IMG/VR virus record: IMGVR_UViG_3300025011_000016
Reading direction: 5' to 3' (one strand)
Source of the DNA: a virus
Lineage: Duplodnaviria > Caudoviricetes
DNA length: 64,000 bases
Each line of letters begins with the position of its first letter. Within the stretch, counting starts at the first letter, position 1. This document shows, piece by piece, positions 9,939 to 20,216 of the stretch. The notes beneath the pieces were generated by a model, which saw nothing but the letters and a program-made list of their open reading frames with translations, ran no database searches and had not been told where the DNA came from. The position numbers were made by a program, and so were the translations under genes.

Positions 9939-10925
9939 TTACAGTAATTTGAATCCATTACCATCTGAAGATTCAGATTGGGTTGCCACATCATTAATTG
10001 TCCAACCACGATTTTCTTTATTGAGTTCATCCATAGATTTTGATTCACTTGTAGTATGATTAACTCGTATTTTATCTGATATAGATTGAAGTTGACGAAT
10101 AACTTCACTTTGCTTCTTAATAACAGCAGATTTCTTATTTGCTGGTAAAGCAGCAATACCAATACTATTCTTATTCAATTCAATAAAGGCCGCCTGTTGT
10201 TTTAAGTAATCGGACATTCTCATTCTCGAATGATAGAAATAAAAGATTAATTCTCTTATGATGGGCACTAATACTAATACGCCACCGATTATTAATGTAG
10301 GCACAATGATATCATCAATACCTATAACACTTTCTTTACCACTATTAATAACACCGTTAATGGCTTTTGAGAAATCACCCGATTTAACACAACCATTAAA
10401 CTTATCAAGATTTTGAATACATATCCAACCAGTTTGTTTAGTATTCTTAATAATAGTAAATTCAATTCTATCTGGTCGTTTAATGTAATCTACATATGAA
10501 GAGATAATAGAAGATATTGCCTCAACACATGCACAAACTAAAAGGTTATATTGGAGAATAATGAATTCTTTCTCAAGTTTAAATCCTTTTTCAAATGCAT
10601 CTCTATAAGCAGTAATATTAGATATGGATTTATCAACTATATCCAATTCGGATATAGTTATATTGGATTTAGTTGCAATATCCCTTAAAAGAGCAATACT
10701 ACTCATCATAGATTTGTAACCACTATATCTGGTGATATCACCAGCACTAATAGGGATATCTTCAAAATTAATATGGGATTTTTCTAATGCAGATTTATAT
10801 AGATTGGATATCATAGTATTATTAACTTGAGCCTGTTCGGATTCCATTAATCCATAAACTTTATTTCTATCAGCAAATGTCATAGCATTTTCAAGTAATA
10901 TAACCATCATTGGATTATTAATCAT
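9939..10925 (-). CDS. Putative virion structural protein
   Basis: 328-aa ORF with RBS GGAGG in the late head cluster; N-terminal LLEN/LMES processing-like motifs. Confidence 0.6.
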   Translation of the reverse strand: MINNPMMVILLENAMTFADRNKVYGLMESEQAQVNNTMISNLYKSALEKSHINFEDIPISAGDITRYSGYKSMMSSIALLRDIATKSNITISELDIVDKSISNITAYRDAFEKGFKLEKEFIILQYNLLVCACVEAISSIISSYVDYIKRPDRIEFTIIKNTKQTGWICIQNLDKFNGCVKSGDFSKAINGVINSGKESVIGIDDIIVPTLIIGGVLVLVPIIRELIFYFYHSRMRMSDYLKQQAAFIELNKNSIGIAALPANKKSAVIKKQSEVIRQLQSISDKIRVNHTTSESKSMDELNKENRGWTINDVATQSESSDGNGFKLL

Positions 10926-10934
10926 ATTAATACA

Positions 10935-10960
10935 CCTCCATTATTTTATAACATAAATTA
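10935..10960. repeat. 26-bp exact direct repeat, copy 1 (copy 2 at 11295-11320)
   Basis: CCTCCATTATTTTATAACATAAATTA flanks the HEXXH gene on both sides and includes a stop codon and an RBS on the minus strand. Confidence 0.9.
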
Positions 10961-11287
10961 ATTTTCTTTATTAATTGTAAAATTATATTCATACAATTCT
11001 ATTGCTCTATCGAATAACAGATTAAATGCTCCTTCCCATTCAACCCCATGCTCATCATTTGGTCTAGCAGTATGTGCTAATTCATGCGCTAAAATCTCAG
11101 GTAACGCTGAAAGTGGAATATCGGTTGATATATCAATTAACGGTGTGCTACCGTCGTCCGGAAAAGTTGTTCTTCCTGCTCCTTCTAAACCATCTATATA
11201 TTGAATATCTGCCAAAATTTCAGGAAATAATTCTTCAAACGCTTTTAATACAAAAGGTATTGGATCATTAATAATTTTTAATACCAT
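10958..11287 (-). CDS. Small zinc metallopeptidase-like (HEXXH) protein
   Basis: EILAHELAH followed by EHGVEW (SprT/WLM-like HEXXH...H.W). Confidence 0.65.
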   Translation of the reverse strand: MVLKIINDPIPFVLKAFEELFPEILADIQYIDGLEGAGRTTFPDDGSTPLIDISTDIPLSALPEILAHELAHTARPNDEHGVEWEGAFNLLFDRAIELYEYNFTINKEN

Positions 11288-11294
11288 ATTATAC

Positions 11295-11320
11295 CCTCCA
11301 TTATTTTATAACATAAATTA
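11295..11320. repeat. 26-bp exact direct repeat, copy 2
   Basis: Identical to 10935-10960. Confidence 0.9.
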
Positions 11321-12634
11321 CATCTTATTCATTAGTTTAAGAATTTCTTTAGTATCTGTCTTAGCAGAATTCTCTCTTTCTAATCCATTGAAGGTTACTG
11401 ATTGATAACTCTTTTGTCCATCAAATAAGAAATGGGCTATTTGTGTGGAACTATCCACGACAACAAAACCTAATAAGAAATATGTTTCCATGATCTTATC
11501 TACAAACATTGGATTCATTAGATCAAAACCATAATGAGTTTTAATAAATTCCACTTCTTGTGCTGAAACTACAATAGTCGTATTAGGTAAGATTTTATTT
11601 GGTAGAAATAATCTGTCCTTCATCTTGGCCATAAGCTTCTTACGTTTTAATGTTATCCACCAAGGAGATGCACCTTGACTTCTACTAACAACATCATCTT
11701 TTATTTCTTTAATATTAAATAAGAAGTCTTTAAAGAATTCTGTTTCACCAGTAGTCCATTTAATAAAGTTAAAGAACTTGTTATCATTGTTACAACCATT
11801 GATAAGATTAGTTATCATTTCATCAGAATTTATCGGATGCATAGTTGTTTTAACCCCAATGATAAAATCTTGATAACCGTGGTTTAATCCGTCATTGTCT
11901 ATTACATTAACTCGAATATGCAAAGTTGTAGGGACTAACTCATTGGATTTTTTTACATCATTATCCAACAATACTTTTTCATTCATCTTAACATCATTAT
12001 CTTTTGGTTTAGCTATACTTTGGTATTTTGATGGGGTATCTTTATCCAGATTTTCAGTTATAATTTGATTATGACGAGCTGACACTTCTGGATCTTTAAA
12101 GACATATAAATTATTTCTAGGATTAAATTTACTATTGACACTTTCCATGACAACATAATCTAAAATACTCATAAGTTGTTCATTATTACATTTTAGTACT
12201 TTAGTAGTTGATCCTTCACAAGTAATGGCTAATATATGCATATTTCCAGTTTCACTAACAAAACAATTATAGTTCTCAATAATATGAGCATCAACGGCAC
12301 TATTAGTAAGATCATTTCTATCAGTTTTAATATCAAGGTTCTGGTGAAATTTCTTTAAATACCCAGCAGCATCTATATCTGAATCGAGATTAAGCATAGG
12401 ACTCATTGTAAGAACAATCTGTGTGAAAGATGAATATTCACGTTCAAGTGCTTTAGATATAGTTTGTAAAGTATCTATATCCATAGATCTAGATACCAAT
12501 ACTGGAAATTGTAAAGTCCCTTCGGCACTACGTTTTGATATAGATGAATACTTTTTACTTTTAAAGTACTCTTCAGCAGTACCAACAACATTTATTGCTT
12601 TAATTGTATCGAGGACATCTCTTAATAATCCCAT
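11318..12634 (-). CDS. Putative virion structural protein
   Basis: 438-aa ORF with a late promoter at 12671-12682 in the head gene cluster. Confidence 0.65.
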   Translation of the reverse strand: MGLLRDVLDTIKAINVVGTAEEYFKSKKYSSISKRSAEGTLQFPVLVSRSMDIDTLQTISKALEREYSSFTQIVLTMSPMLNLDSDIDAAGYLKKFHQNLDIKTDRNDLTNSAVDAHIIENYNCFVSETGNMHILAITCEGSTTKVLKCNNEQLMSILDYVVMESVNSKFNPRNNLYVFKDPEVSARHNQIITENLDKDTPSKYQSIAKPKDNDVKMNEKVLLDNDVKKSNELVPTTLHIRVNVIDNDGLNHGYQDFIIGVKTTMHPINSDEMITNLINGCNNDNKFFNFIKWTTGETEFFKDFLFNIKEIKDDVVSRSQGASPWWITLKRKKLMAKMKDRLFLPNKILPNTTIVVSAQEVEFIKTHYGFDLMNPMFVDKIMETYFLLGFVVVDSSTQIAHFLFDGQKSYQSVTFNGLERENSAKTDTKEILKLMNKM

Positions 12635-12670
12635 TTAAGTTATCATCCCTTTCTAAACTATATTATATCT

Positions 12671-12682
12671 TATGGATATGTT
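12671..12682 (-). promoter_or_regulatory. Late promoter AACA-N6-TA
   Basis: AACA-TATCCA-TA on the minus strand upstream of 12634. Confidence 0.65.
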
Positions 12683-12719
12683 TTGAAAACAAAAAAAATA
12701 TTCATCCAACAATATACGA

Positions 12720-13034
12720 TTATCTAGATAAGTTTTTTAAATACTTTCTATGTTTTTCGTCATATCTTTCTTGTGCGGATAGTTTGCTTAATCGTAGATT
12801 ATTATCCTCCTTTCTTTTATTGAATCCATCTCGATCCGTTATTGTACTTCCGGCACTTATTATAAATGCGATAGTTTGTAATATACTCATAACTAAAACA
12901 TCCCCTCCAAATTTCTTTTTACGTCTTTGTAATTTAATTACAATCGACAACAACAACTTGTGAGGGAGAAGTTTTAATAATAAATATAAATACCATAATC
13001 GTAGTTGGATGAATATTATTTTGCTATTATGCAT
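12720..13034 (-). CDS. Small membrane protein (start uncertain)
   Basis: Two hydrophobic segments and a basic C-terminus. Confidence 0.45.
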   Translation of the reverse strand: MHNSKIIFIQLRLWYLYLLLKLLPHKLLLSIVIKLQRRKKKFGGDVLVMSILQTIAFIISAGSTITDRDGFNKRKEDNNLRLSKLSAQERYDEKHRKYLKNLSR

Positions 13035-13077
13035 ATATAATATATATACATACTTTCCATTAATTCTCCGTTAATAC

Positions 13078-13089
13078 AACAAATATATA
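13078..13089 (+). promoter_or_regulatory. Late promoter AACA-N6-TA
   Basis: AACA-AATATA-TA ~30 nt upstream of 13120. Confidence 0.65.
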
Positions 13090-13119
13090 ATAATCCTTAA
13101 AGAAGAAGGTGAAATACAT

Positions 13120-14577
13120 ATGTTACTTAGAGTAAGAATTACCCCTGCTATTGGTTTAAATGTGCGTGAAGGTCCTAGTACGTCATTCAATAAAGTATCA
13201 GCTTTATCTCAAGGGACTGAAGTGGTTGTAAATGATCAGGCGAGTGATGGGAGTAGAAAATGGTACAGACTTGATGATAATAATGGGGGTTGGTGGATTT
13301 GTGGAGATTATGTAGTAATTGTTGAAAATCTAGACCCGAATCAAGTGCCGACACAAACACCGCCAACTCCTCCAGCAACCCCACCGTCGACAACACCACC
13401 TATAGATACCGCAGTAACTCCACCTAAAGACTACGCTGCAATTCAGGCCGCTTTAATTGCAAGTGGAACTTTGCCTCCAGATAATGTATTTGGTAGTAAT
13501 CTTGATGTTACATCTATAGGTAAAAATAATGCTGAACAATTATCAGCTATAACCAATAGCTCAAATTTTCCACCTTTAGTATCAGTTAATAAAGGGGTTA
13601 ATATTTATAACTACTTCATGGATCATTCATTTATAGAGAATAATCTAAAGAAGGTAAGGAATAATCTAAATCTAATTGGAGATAAAGGGTTTAGTGATAT
13701 GAATCAAAAATTATTCACTGAATTTAATAAGTATAAAATTGCATTTCCAGATTATCATTTATCAAAGACATTTGCTTATGTATTCTTTACTCGACCTGAT
13801 CTAAATTTGATCGAATATCAGGGTGATGGTATTTATACATTATTACCTGATGTTGAAAAAGATCCTACGTATTATTACTTATCTAAAAATAATTCTAATA
13901 TATTATTATCATTAACCAGATACTTATCAGCAGATCATCCGTTCCACCCATTTTTATCTAATACGGCAACTTCTTTTGAAATAGCCGATGAGTATATAAA
14001 GACAATGGAACATGGTGAAACTTTTACTGGTTATAAAGTGATGTACGGTAAGAATAATATTGAATCAAAAACGGCTGGAACATTTAATGTTAACTTCATA
14101 GATGATCAAGAATTTTCTGTATATAAAACACATAAAGCATGGATTGATTATATATCTAAAGTTTACAGAGGGGAATTGAAAGCTAGTGATGAATACATTC
14201 ATAAAAAAATATTAGATTATGCGTGTTCAGCATACTATATACTTTGTGGTCCTGATGGTGAAAGTATATTGTTTTGGTCTAAATACTTCGGAGTGTTTCC
14301 AACGAATGCACCATCTAGCGTAACTAGTTGGACCAAAGGTAATCTGATGAAAATACCAGAGTATTCAACAACATTCGCATACGCGTTTAAAGAAGACTTC
14401 AGTCCTTTAACATTAGCTGAATTTAATATGAATAATACAGGATCATACTTATATAGAAAAGTATATGAGCCAACATTAGTGGGTACTGGGAAAACATTCA
14501 TGGGTGCACCATTTATTGAAACAAATATATCTAGAGGATCTAAGGCATATGAATTTAAACTTAAATTTAGGAATTAG
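13120..14577 (+). CDS. SH3b domain fused to a tail-tube-fold baseplate protein (T4 gp19/gp54-like)
   Basis: N-terminal SH3b (GLNVREGPSTSF...WY...WICGDYV), a Pro/Thr linker, then a tube-like domain (VFFTRPDLNL...F.VNFID...WIDYI...YFGVFPT). Confidence 0.6.
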   Translation: MLLRVRITPAIGLNVREGPSTSFNKVSALSQGTEVVVNDQASDGSRKWYRLDDNNGGWWICGDYVVIVENLDPNQVPTQTPPTPPATPPSTTPPIDTAVTPPKDYAAIQAALIASGTLPPDNVFGSNLDVTSIGKNNAEQLSAITNSSNFPPLVSVNKGVNIYNYFMDHSFIENNLKKVRNNLNLIGDKGFSDMNQKLFTEFNKYKIAFPDYHLSKTFAYVFFTRPDLNLIEYQGDGIYTLLPDVEKDPTYYYLSKNNSNILLSLTRYLSADHPFHPFLSNTATSFEIADEYIKTMEHGETFTGYKVMYGKNNIESKTAGTFNVNFIDDQEFSVYKTHKAWIDYISKVYRGELKASDEYIHKKILDYACSAYYILCGPDGESILFWSKYFGVFPTNAPSSVTSWTKGNLMKIPEYSTTFAYAFKEDFSPLTLAEFNMNNTGSYLYRKVYEPTLVGTGKTFMGAPFIETNISRGSKAYEFKLKFRN

Positions 14578-14592
14578 AGGTGATTAGTAATT

Positions 14593-15916
14593 ATGACTAT
14601 ACTACAAAAAGATTACAGTAGTAATTATTCAATAAAAGAATTAGCTATAAATGACATAGCTCCTAAATATTTTGATATGGTTGATATTAATCAATTAAAT
14701 ATTGGAATGTTTGGTTATAGTACAGAAATGATATCCAATACGACTGAAGATACATTTAATGCAGTTTCAATATTCTTGAAAGAAATGTTTCCTAATAAAG
14801 CTATATTACCAGAATCAATTTATAATTATGCATCATTATTTCAATTAGATAATTTATTTGCAACGCCTGCAAGTACGTATATGATGTTATTTATCAATGA
14901 GAAAGATATAGTTAATTTGGGGATAAATAAAGGTTCTTTCTATGAGTTTATATTAGATTCCGATCTAGTAATAGACATTGAAGATAAACGATTTATGTTG
15001 GATTATAATATAGTTATAACAGCCAAACCATATAAGACAGATTATATTTTTACAGCTCAATATAAATTAGATTTTACAAATTCATTGAGTGATGAAAATG
15101 GTCCGTATATATTAAAAGCTAAAAGAATAAATTATACTGGGAATAAATATTTAGGTTTATTTGTTAAGGTTAGACAATTAAGTAAAACATCTATAAGTGA
15201 ACAAGTATTCACTAATGATAAAATTAACTTTCCTACATTCTCACTTAATTTTGTAGATCAATTAGCAAATTTTGAAATATATTATAAGTCACCAGATTCA
15301 TCTGATTTTATTCAACTGAAAAAAAGAGTTGTCAATACACCGGCTATAGATACTCCATTCTGTTATTATACCGTTAAAAATCAAAATGAAATTGTTATCA
15401 GTTTCTCAACACTCAGTAAATACTTTCAACCAAAATTTAATTCGGAATTTAAAATAGACCTGTATACAACGACTGGAAGTGCTGGTAATTTTCCTGCATA
15501 TACAGGTACTGAAGTAAATGTTATTCCTAAATCTGAAATATATACGTATAATAATGGTATTGTCATATTTGCTATACCACAGTCTGATAGTGTAGGTGGG
15601 TCTGATTATTTAGACATTGAAGAATTAAGATCGATTGTAGTTGAAAAATTCTCTACTGTTGATTCATATACTAATGAGAATGATTTACAAGTATATTTCA
15701 CTAATTTTAAATATAGATATGGTAATGAGATATTATTTATAAAAAAAAGAGATGACGCATTTGAAAGATTATTTTCATCATTTGCGTTACTGAAAGATGA
15801 GAATAATGATATTTATCACACTAACACATTACATGCAATTATTATACCAAGTGAATTCGATACCATATATATTCAAAATAAGTTACTAGTTTTAAAACCA
15901 GGACATCTTTTTAGAT
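14593..15916 (+). CDS. Baseplate wedge protein (T4 gp6-like), exon 1
   Basis: Spliced to 17575..18917 it reads KPGHLFR-Y-KVDTNAVEL in frame (1324+1343 nt = 888 aa plus stop). The 5' splice site U15916 pairs with G15927 in P1 (AGAU/GUCU). Confidence 0.75.
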
Positions 15917-16216
15917 TCTAATATGAGTCTCGTTGCATAGTAATATGCAATTGCAACTACTTTAATTGCGGGAAACTCCTTATAGCTTAAACTGATATAA
16001 ATATAAACAAAGTTTAAGATTGGACAATCTGCAGCCAAAGATCTATTTATAGATTTAGGTTCAACGACTAGAACGTAAAGTTCGTAGGGCTCAAGTGAGT
16101 GGGTGAGAATCCCTTAAATCGAAATGGGTAGCCCCAGTATAACAACGTTATAATGGGTGAAGATATAGTCTGTGCTTTAAGGAAACTTAGAGAAATAACT
16201 TAACCGTAAGTCTTAC

Positions 16217-17530
16217 TAATTCATTCCTAATAAAATATTATTATGGGTATAACAAATAATATAAGAAAGGAGGTGAATAAAAAAAATGATTAAGACTTTT
16301 AAAACAAGAATACGACCGACTAAAGAACAAGAAGTATATTTAAATAAATGCTTTGGATATAGACGATTTATATATAATAATACCTTAGAGTATTTTAATA
16401 AGATCCTAGAATTCAATGGTAATATTATTGATAAGGATTTAAAGAAGTTCTTCGATAAATTTGATTTTATTACTCATATATATTCTAAGAAAGAAAAAGA
16501 ACCGGGATTTGAATGGACTAAAGAATATAATAAAACTGTAAAGAATGAAGTGGCTAGTGATTTTAATATAACTGTCAACAAGTTCTTTAAAGATATTAAA
16601 AATAAGAAACGGTGTAAACTTCATTTTAAAAGAAAGATCCATGGTAATGGATCATTCCGAATATACAATAAGAATAAAGGTAACGTTAAAATTATTGACA
16701 AAAACAAATTCTCTTTTATTATTAATAGAGAATATGGTCATATGTCATTGAAAACTTTTGAAGATATAAGTTTCTTATATCAATATGAAATAAAAACAAT
16801 GACTATTAGTATGAAGAATTTTAAATATTATGTATCATTTACATATGAGTTAGATGTCCCAAAGCATACTCATACGAAAAACATAGTGGGTGTAGATCTA
16901 GGAATACTTAATCCGGTAGTTTGTTTTGATGGAAAAGATATCATAAATCCTAAATTCCCAAAGGGAATTATTAAGAAACTAGAGAAGAAAACCGATAAAC
17001 TTTCAACGATAGTTTCTAAAAAGAAGTATGATAAGTACGATCCATCGAAAAACTATATAAAAGCGAGAACCAAGCTTAATGATATTTATATTAAAATAGT
17101 GAATATCAGAATGGATTATATTCAGAAGGTTTCAACCTTCTTAGCTAAGACTTATAGAAACGTAGTAGTCGATGAGTTTAGTTTTAAAGAATTACTTACA
17201 GAATCTGATGGTATTAAGCGTATTAATAGGGGTATTCATAGAGTTGGTGCCTTTACGTTTACACAAGTGTTAAAATATAAATGCTACTTTTACGGTAGCG
17301 AATATATTTTAGCGTTACCTAATACTACTAACACATGCTCTGAATGTAACCATAAACTTAAAACTAAGTTAAAGTTATCTCAAAGAATCTTTAATTGTCC
17401 AATATGCGGGCATATAGATGACAGAGATAATAATGCGGCTATTAATATTTATAAGTCGTTTAAAGGATCTTTATTAACTAACGTAAATAAAGATTTCGCC
17501 GTTGGTCGGACGGTTTAAAGAACCTTAAAC
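16217..17530 (+). mobile_element. IS200/IS605-family tnpB-only element inserted 3' of TTAC inside the intron
   Basis: Deleting 16217-17530 regenerates a perfect 17-bp inverted repeat, AATAACTTAACCGTAAG-T-CTTACGGTTAAGTTATT. No tnpA is present and there is no target duplication. Ends are ambiguous by ~2 nt. Confidence 0.7.
16286..17518 (+). CDS. tnpB: TnpB RNA-guided endonuclease
   Basis: N-terminal HTH (FKTRIRPTKEQ...FIYN), RuvC-I VGVDLG, RuvC-II variant VVVDEF, Zn ribbon CSEC/CPIC, RuvC-III DRDNNAAINI. Confidence 0.9.
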   Translation: MIKTFKTRIRPTKEQEVYLNKCFGYRRFIYNNTLEYFNKILEFNGNIIDKDLKKFFDKFDFITHIYSKKEKEPGFEWTKEYNKTVKNEVASDFNITVNKFFKDIKNKKRCKLHFKRKIHGNGSFRIYNKNKGNVKIIDKNKFSFIINREYGHMSLKTFEDISFLYQYEIKTMTISMKNFKYYVSFTYELDVPKHTHTKNIVGVDLGILNPVVCFDGKDIINPKFPKGIIKKLEKKTDKLSTIVSKKKYDKYDPSKNYIKARTKLNDIYIKIVNIRMDYIQKVSTFLAKTYRNVVVDEFSFKELLTESDGIKRINRGIHRVGAFTFTQVLKYKCYFYGSEYILALPNTTNTCSECNHKLKTKLKLSQRIFNCPICGHIDDRDNNAAINIYKSFKGSLLTNVNKDFAVGRTV

Positions 17531-17574
17531 GGTTAAGTTATTGTGGTATCTAACGAATACTACTAACACGACAG

Positions 17575-18917
17575 ATAAGGTAGATACCAATGCCGTTGAG
17601 TTAATTCCTATCCTGACTATTAAGGATGATATTGGTGTATTAACTGATGACTATATATTCACAAATTTATTTCTAGTTACAGTTAGTAAATCTCCAGGGA
17701 TTATTGGTTACTATATTAATTCAATTGATGATAAATTGTCTCTAGATTACGAGTATGTGAATTCAGATTCCATAGTACAATTCATATGTAATAACATCAA
17801 TATATATAGGAATGCAATTGCAGGTGAGGATGTATACAAGATTACAGTCGCATTAACTCCAACCTTAGATGACGGTGAAGTAATGGCAACTAAAGTTGCC
17901 AATATTATTACAGACTTAGGAATATTAAAGATAAAAATAATGGTGGAAGATAATGGAGTGGAGATTTGCTATTTAGATACAATAATGACAGATTTCGATG
18001 AATTAACGAATATATATACATTTGAAGCAACTTTGAGTACTACTGATTACATGACTTTCGACCAATATATGCAAGTTATGAATATTAATAATACTATCGA
18101 TGGGATTATTTTAGTCAATACTTTAATACCTATGTATAATTGTAAATTAAATGTTTATGCTTTCTATAAGTATAGTGAACTTGACGAAGAGGGAAATCTA
18201 TATAAAATACCCCATATATATGATCATATTGCTGAATTACAACCTTATACTTTAACAAATAAATATTCAACAGTAGATAAAAAAGTTAATTTCATAAGTC
18301 CTCTTAATATCTTAAGAAGTATGGTAAACTTCACATCCGCTAATAATGTTGATGGGTATGATGTTACCATCAGTGCAGTTCCATTTGTATCAGCACCTAT
18401 GATGAAAGATCCAATTAAGTATAATTCTTTTATGAAAACTATATTGATTCAGTATGAATATATGCAAAATGCATTATCTAAAGTCACTAATAATTATGGT
18501 ATAGATATGAAATTTTATAATACTTATGGGAGATCAAATAATTTTATTGCAGGTGATCTAGGGGTTCAACTAGATAATGTCAATACTAGAATATATATTA
18601 GAGTTAAACCTAGCGTTGGTTCAGATGTCGATGATTTAATTCTATCATTAAAAGTATTCATCAAGAAATTTATTGAAAGTATAAATGCTTTAGGTTCAAA
18701 TGGGATTTATATATCCAATTTAATTACTAGTGTAGAAACAAATTTTTCCACCGTTGAATATATGAGGTTTGGTAATCTTAATGATTACGATTCTTCGGTT
18801 CAAATAATAGAGAACCGAACTCCCGATATAACATCATTGTCTAAGATTGATAGACAAAATTATGTGCCTGAATATCTAACAATTAGTTTAGACGATATTA
18901 TTATTGATCTATTGTAG
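17575..18917 (+). CDS. Baseplate wedge protein, exon 2
   Basis: In-frame continuation after omega-G 17574. C-terminal part resembles gp6-like wedge proteins (MKFYNTYG...IK.FIESIN...LYISNL). Confidence 0.75.
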
Positions 18918-18922
18918 AATCA

Positions 18923-18934
18923 AACATTATACTA
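18923..18934 (+). promoter_or_regulatory. Late promoter AACA-N6-TA
   Basis: AACA-TTATAC-TA upstream of 18970. Confidence 0.65.
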
Positions 18935-18969
18935 ATTAAACGATAACGAGTGAAAGAGGCGATAATAAA

Positions 18970-20163
18970 ATGACAAATTTTCCTAAAACTAATAATGTTG
19001 TTGTTAAGCATAATACAGGAGTTAAAACTCTTAATGCCATTAATAATATGAGTATTGGTGCGGCATGTAAAGAAGCTTATATGAAGAGAGTGCTAGTTGA
19101 ACACTATGAAGACATAGATGCAAGTGCTATTCAATCTGAGAAAGAATATGAAAATAGACAGGCTGGGGGAAATATCGCCAGTCGACAAATACTAGAATCC
19201 CAATTATTCTATAAGAGTAATGATATTTACAGAAGTGGCAAAGAGATTTTATTCAAAGAAATTGTATTTGAACTGTTTAGAAAATCCTTGAATCTTGATG
19301 AAGAGTTCGTTCTTGAACATCTTGAGAATTTAAAACAAGTTTCAGATTCTTATATCGATAAGAATGGTGGTTTTAAACTTCTTGAAACTGCCAGTATGGA
19401 GAGTAAATTCCCATTATTGAAAAATATACAGTCTCTATGCGAAAGTGTTGCCAAGGAAGTTAGTAAGAAGAAGATGAAATTGGCACCACAAGTTAGCACA
19501 GCAAATCAATTAACATTTGAACTTAGTGAAGATGAGAAGAATGAATTTGATTATGAGAAAGATAAACTTGGTATGGATGAGTTGGCAGGTCTAGTCAAAC
19601 AAAAAGTACTAACTGTTATTCAAGATGAAAAAAGTCGGCAGAGTAAAGAAGATGATCTCATTACAGATATTGAAAATCAATTGAGGGATGATGATACTGT
19701 AACTGATCCTACATCTGCCCAAGAAGCATTTTCTAAAATTAGGATTAAACAAAATCCCGTTGAAGAGGTTACATTGTTTAGTGCTTTAATGCACCACTCT
19801 TATAAAGAGTTGTTAGAGAATACCGCCACTCAAGATTCTGATACCAATAATGCAGATGATAGGGAAGATAGAAATTATAAGGTTAATGTTGATGTGGATG
19901 ATATTAATGGTAGTAGTGACCTTGATCATTTAGATCATCAAAATAGACATTCTAATGAGTATGATTTATCTGGTGAGATCGGTGAATATCAACCTGATAA
20001 AAATACTTCATTCATCGACAGGGATGAATTTGAGATCGATATGGATATGGTCCTTGCTGAGGCATTAACTAAGTATACACTAATTGAATTATGTCATACC
20101 TTACAACTTGAAAAATACGATGCCAAATCTGTTAAAAAACTTTCTCAGAAATTACTACAATAA
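18970..20163 (+). CDS. Putative virion protein with processing-like xxE motifs
   Basis: 397-aa acidic ORF with a late promoter, RBS and downstream terminator. Confidence 0.6.
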   Translation: MTNFPKTNNVVVKHNTGVKTLNAINNMSIGAACKEAYMKRVLVEHYEDIDASAIQSEKEYENRQAGGNIASRQILESQLFYKSNDIYRSGKEILFKEIVFELFRKSLNLDEEFVLEHLENLKQVSDSYIDKNGGFKLLETASMESKFPLLKNIQSLCESVAKEVSKKKMKLAPQVSTANQLTFELSEDEKNEFDYEKDKLGMDELAGLVKQKVLTVIQDEKSRQSKEDDLITDIENQLRDDDTVTDPTSAQEAFSKIRIKQNPVEEVTLFSALMHHSYKELLENTATQDSDTNNADDREDRNYKVNVDVDDINGSSDLDHLDHQNRHSNEYDLSGEIGEYQPDKNTSFIDRDEFEIDMDMVLAEALTKYTLIELCHTLQLEKYDAKSVKKLSQKLLQ

Positions 20164-20165
20164 AA

Positions 20166-20216
20166 AAACGTATAATATGGAGGTAGCTTTTAAAGCTACC
20201 TCCATATTATACGTTT
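20166..20216. terminator. Bidirectional terminator
   Basis: 22-bp arms AAACGTATAATATGGAGGTAGC / GCTACCTCCATATTATACGTTT between convergent genes. Confidence 0.8.

Larger units (their letters stand above)
15917..17574 (+). ncRNA. Group I intron carrying tnpB in the P9.1 loop
   Basis: Core elements AATTGCGGGAAAC, AATCTGCAGC, GTTCAACGACTA, AAGATATAGTC. P9 has a GAAA loop; P9.1 pairs 16194-16207 with 17529-17542; P9.2 hairpin has a CTAACGA loop; P9.0 is UGU/ACA; omega-G is 17574. Confidence 0.85.

Noticed and set aside
16250-16266. Late promoter driving tnpB
   Set aside because: AACA-AATAA-TA has 5-nt rather than 6-nt spacing; too weak to call.
17532-17546. 3' splice site at G17532, G17537, G17543, G17545 or G17546
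   Set aside because: With the P1-defined 5' site (after 15916), G17537 to G17546 give early stops. G17532 is in frame but would cut P9.1. G17574 satisfies frame, P9.0 and the 3'-end pattern of introns 1 and 6.
15917-17574. Canonical IStron (IS ends equal to splice sites)
   Set aside because: The tnpB element ends near 17530, while the P9.1 3' strand, P9.2 and omega-G continue to 17574; no tnpA is present.
17541-18917. Independent gene starting at TTG 17541
   Set aside because: The first codons are intron P9.1/P9.2 sequence with no RBS; the ORF is exon 2 of the baseplate gene.
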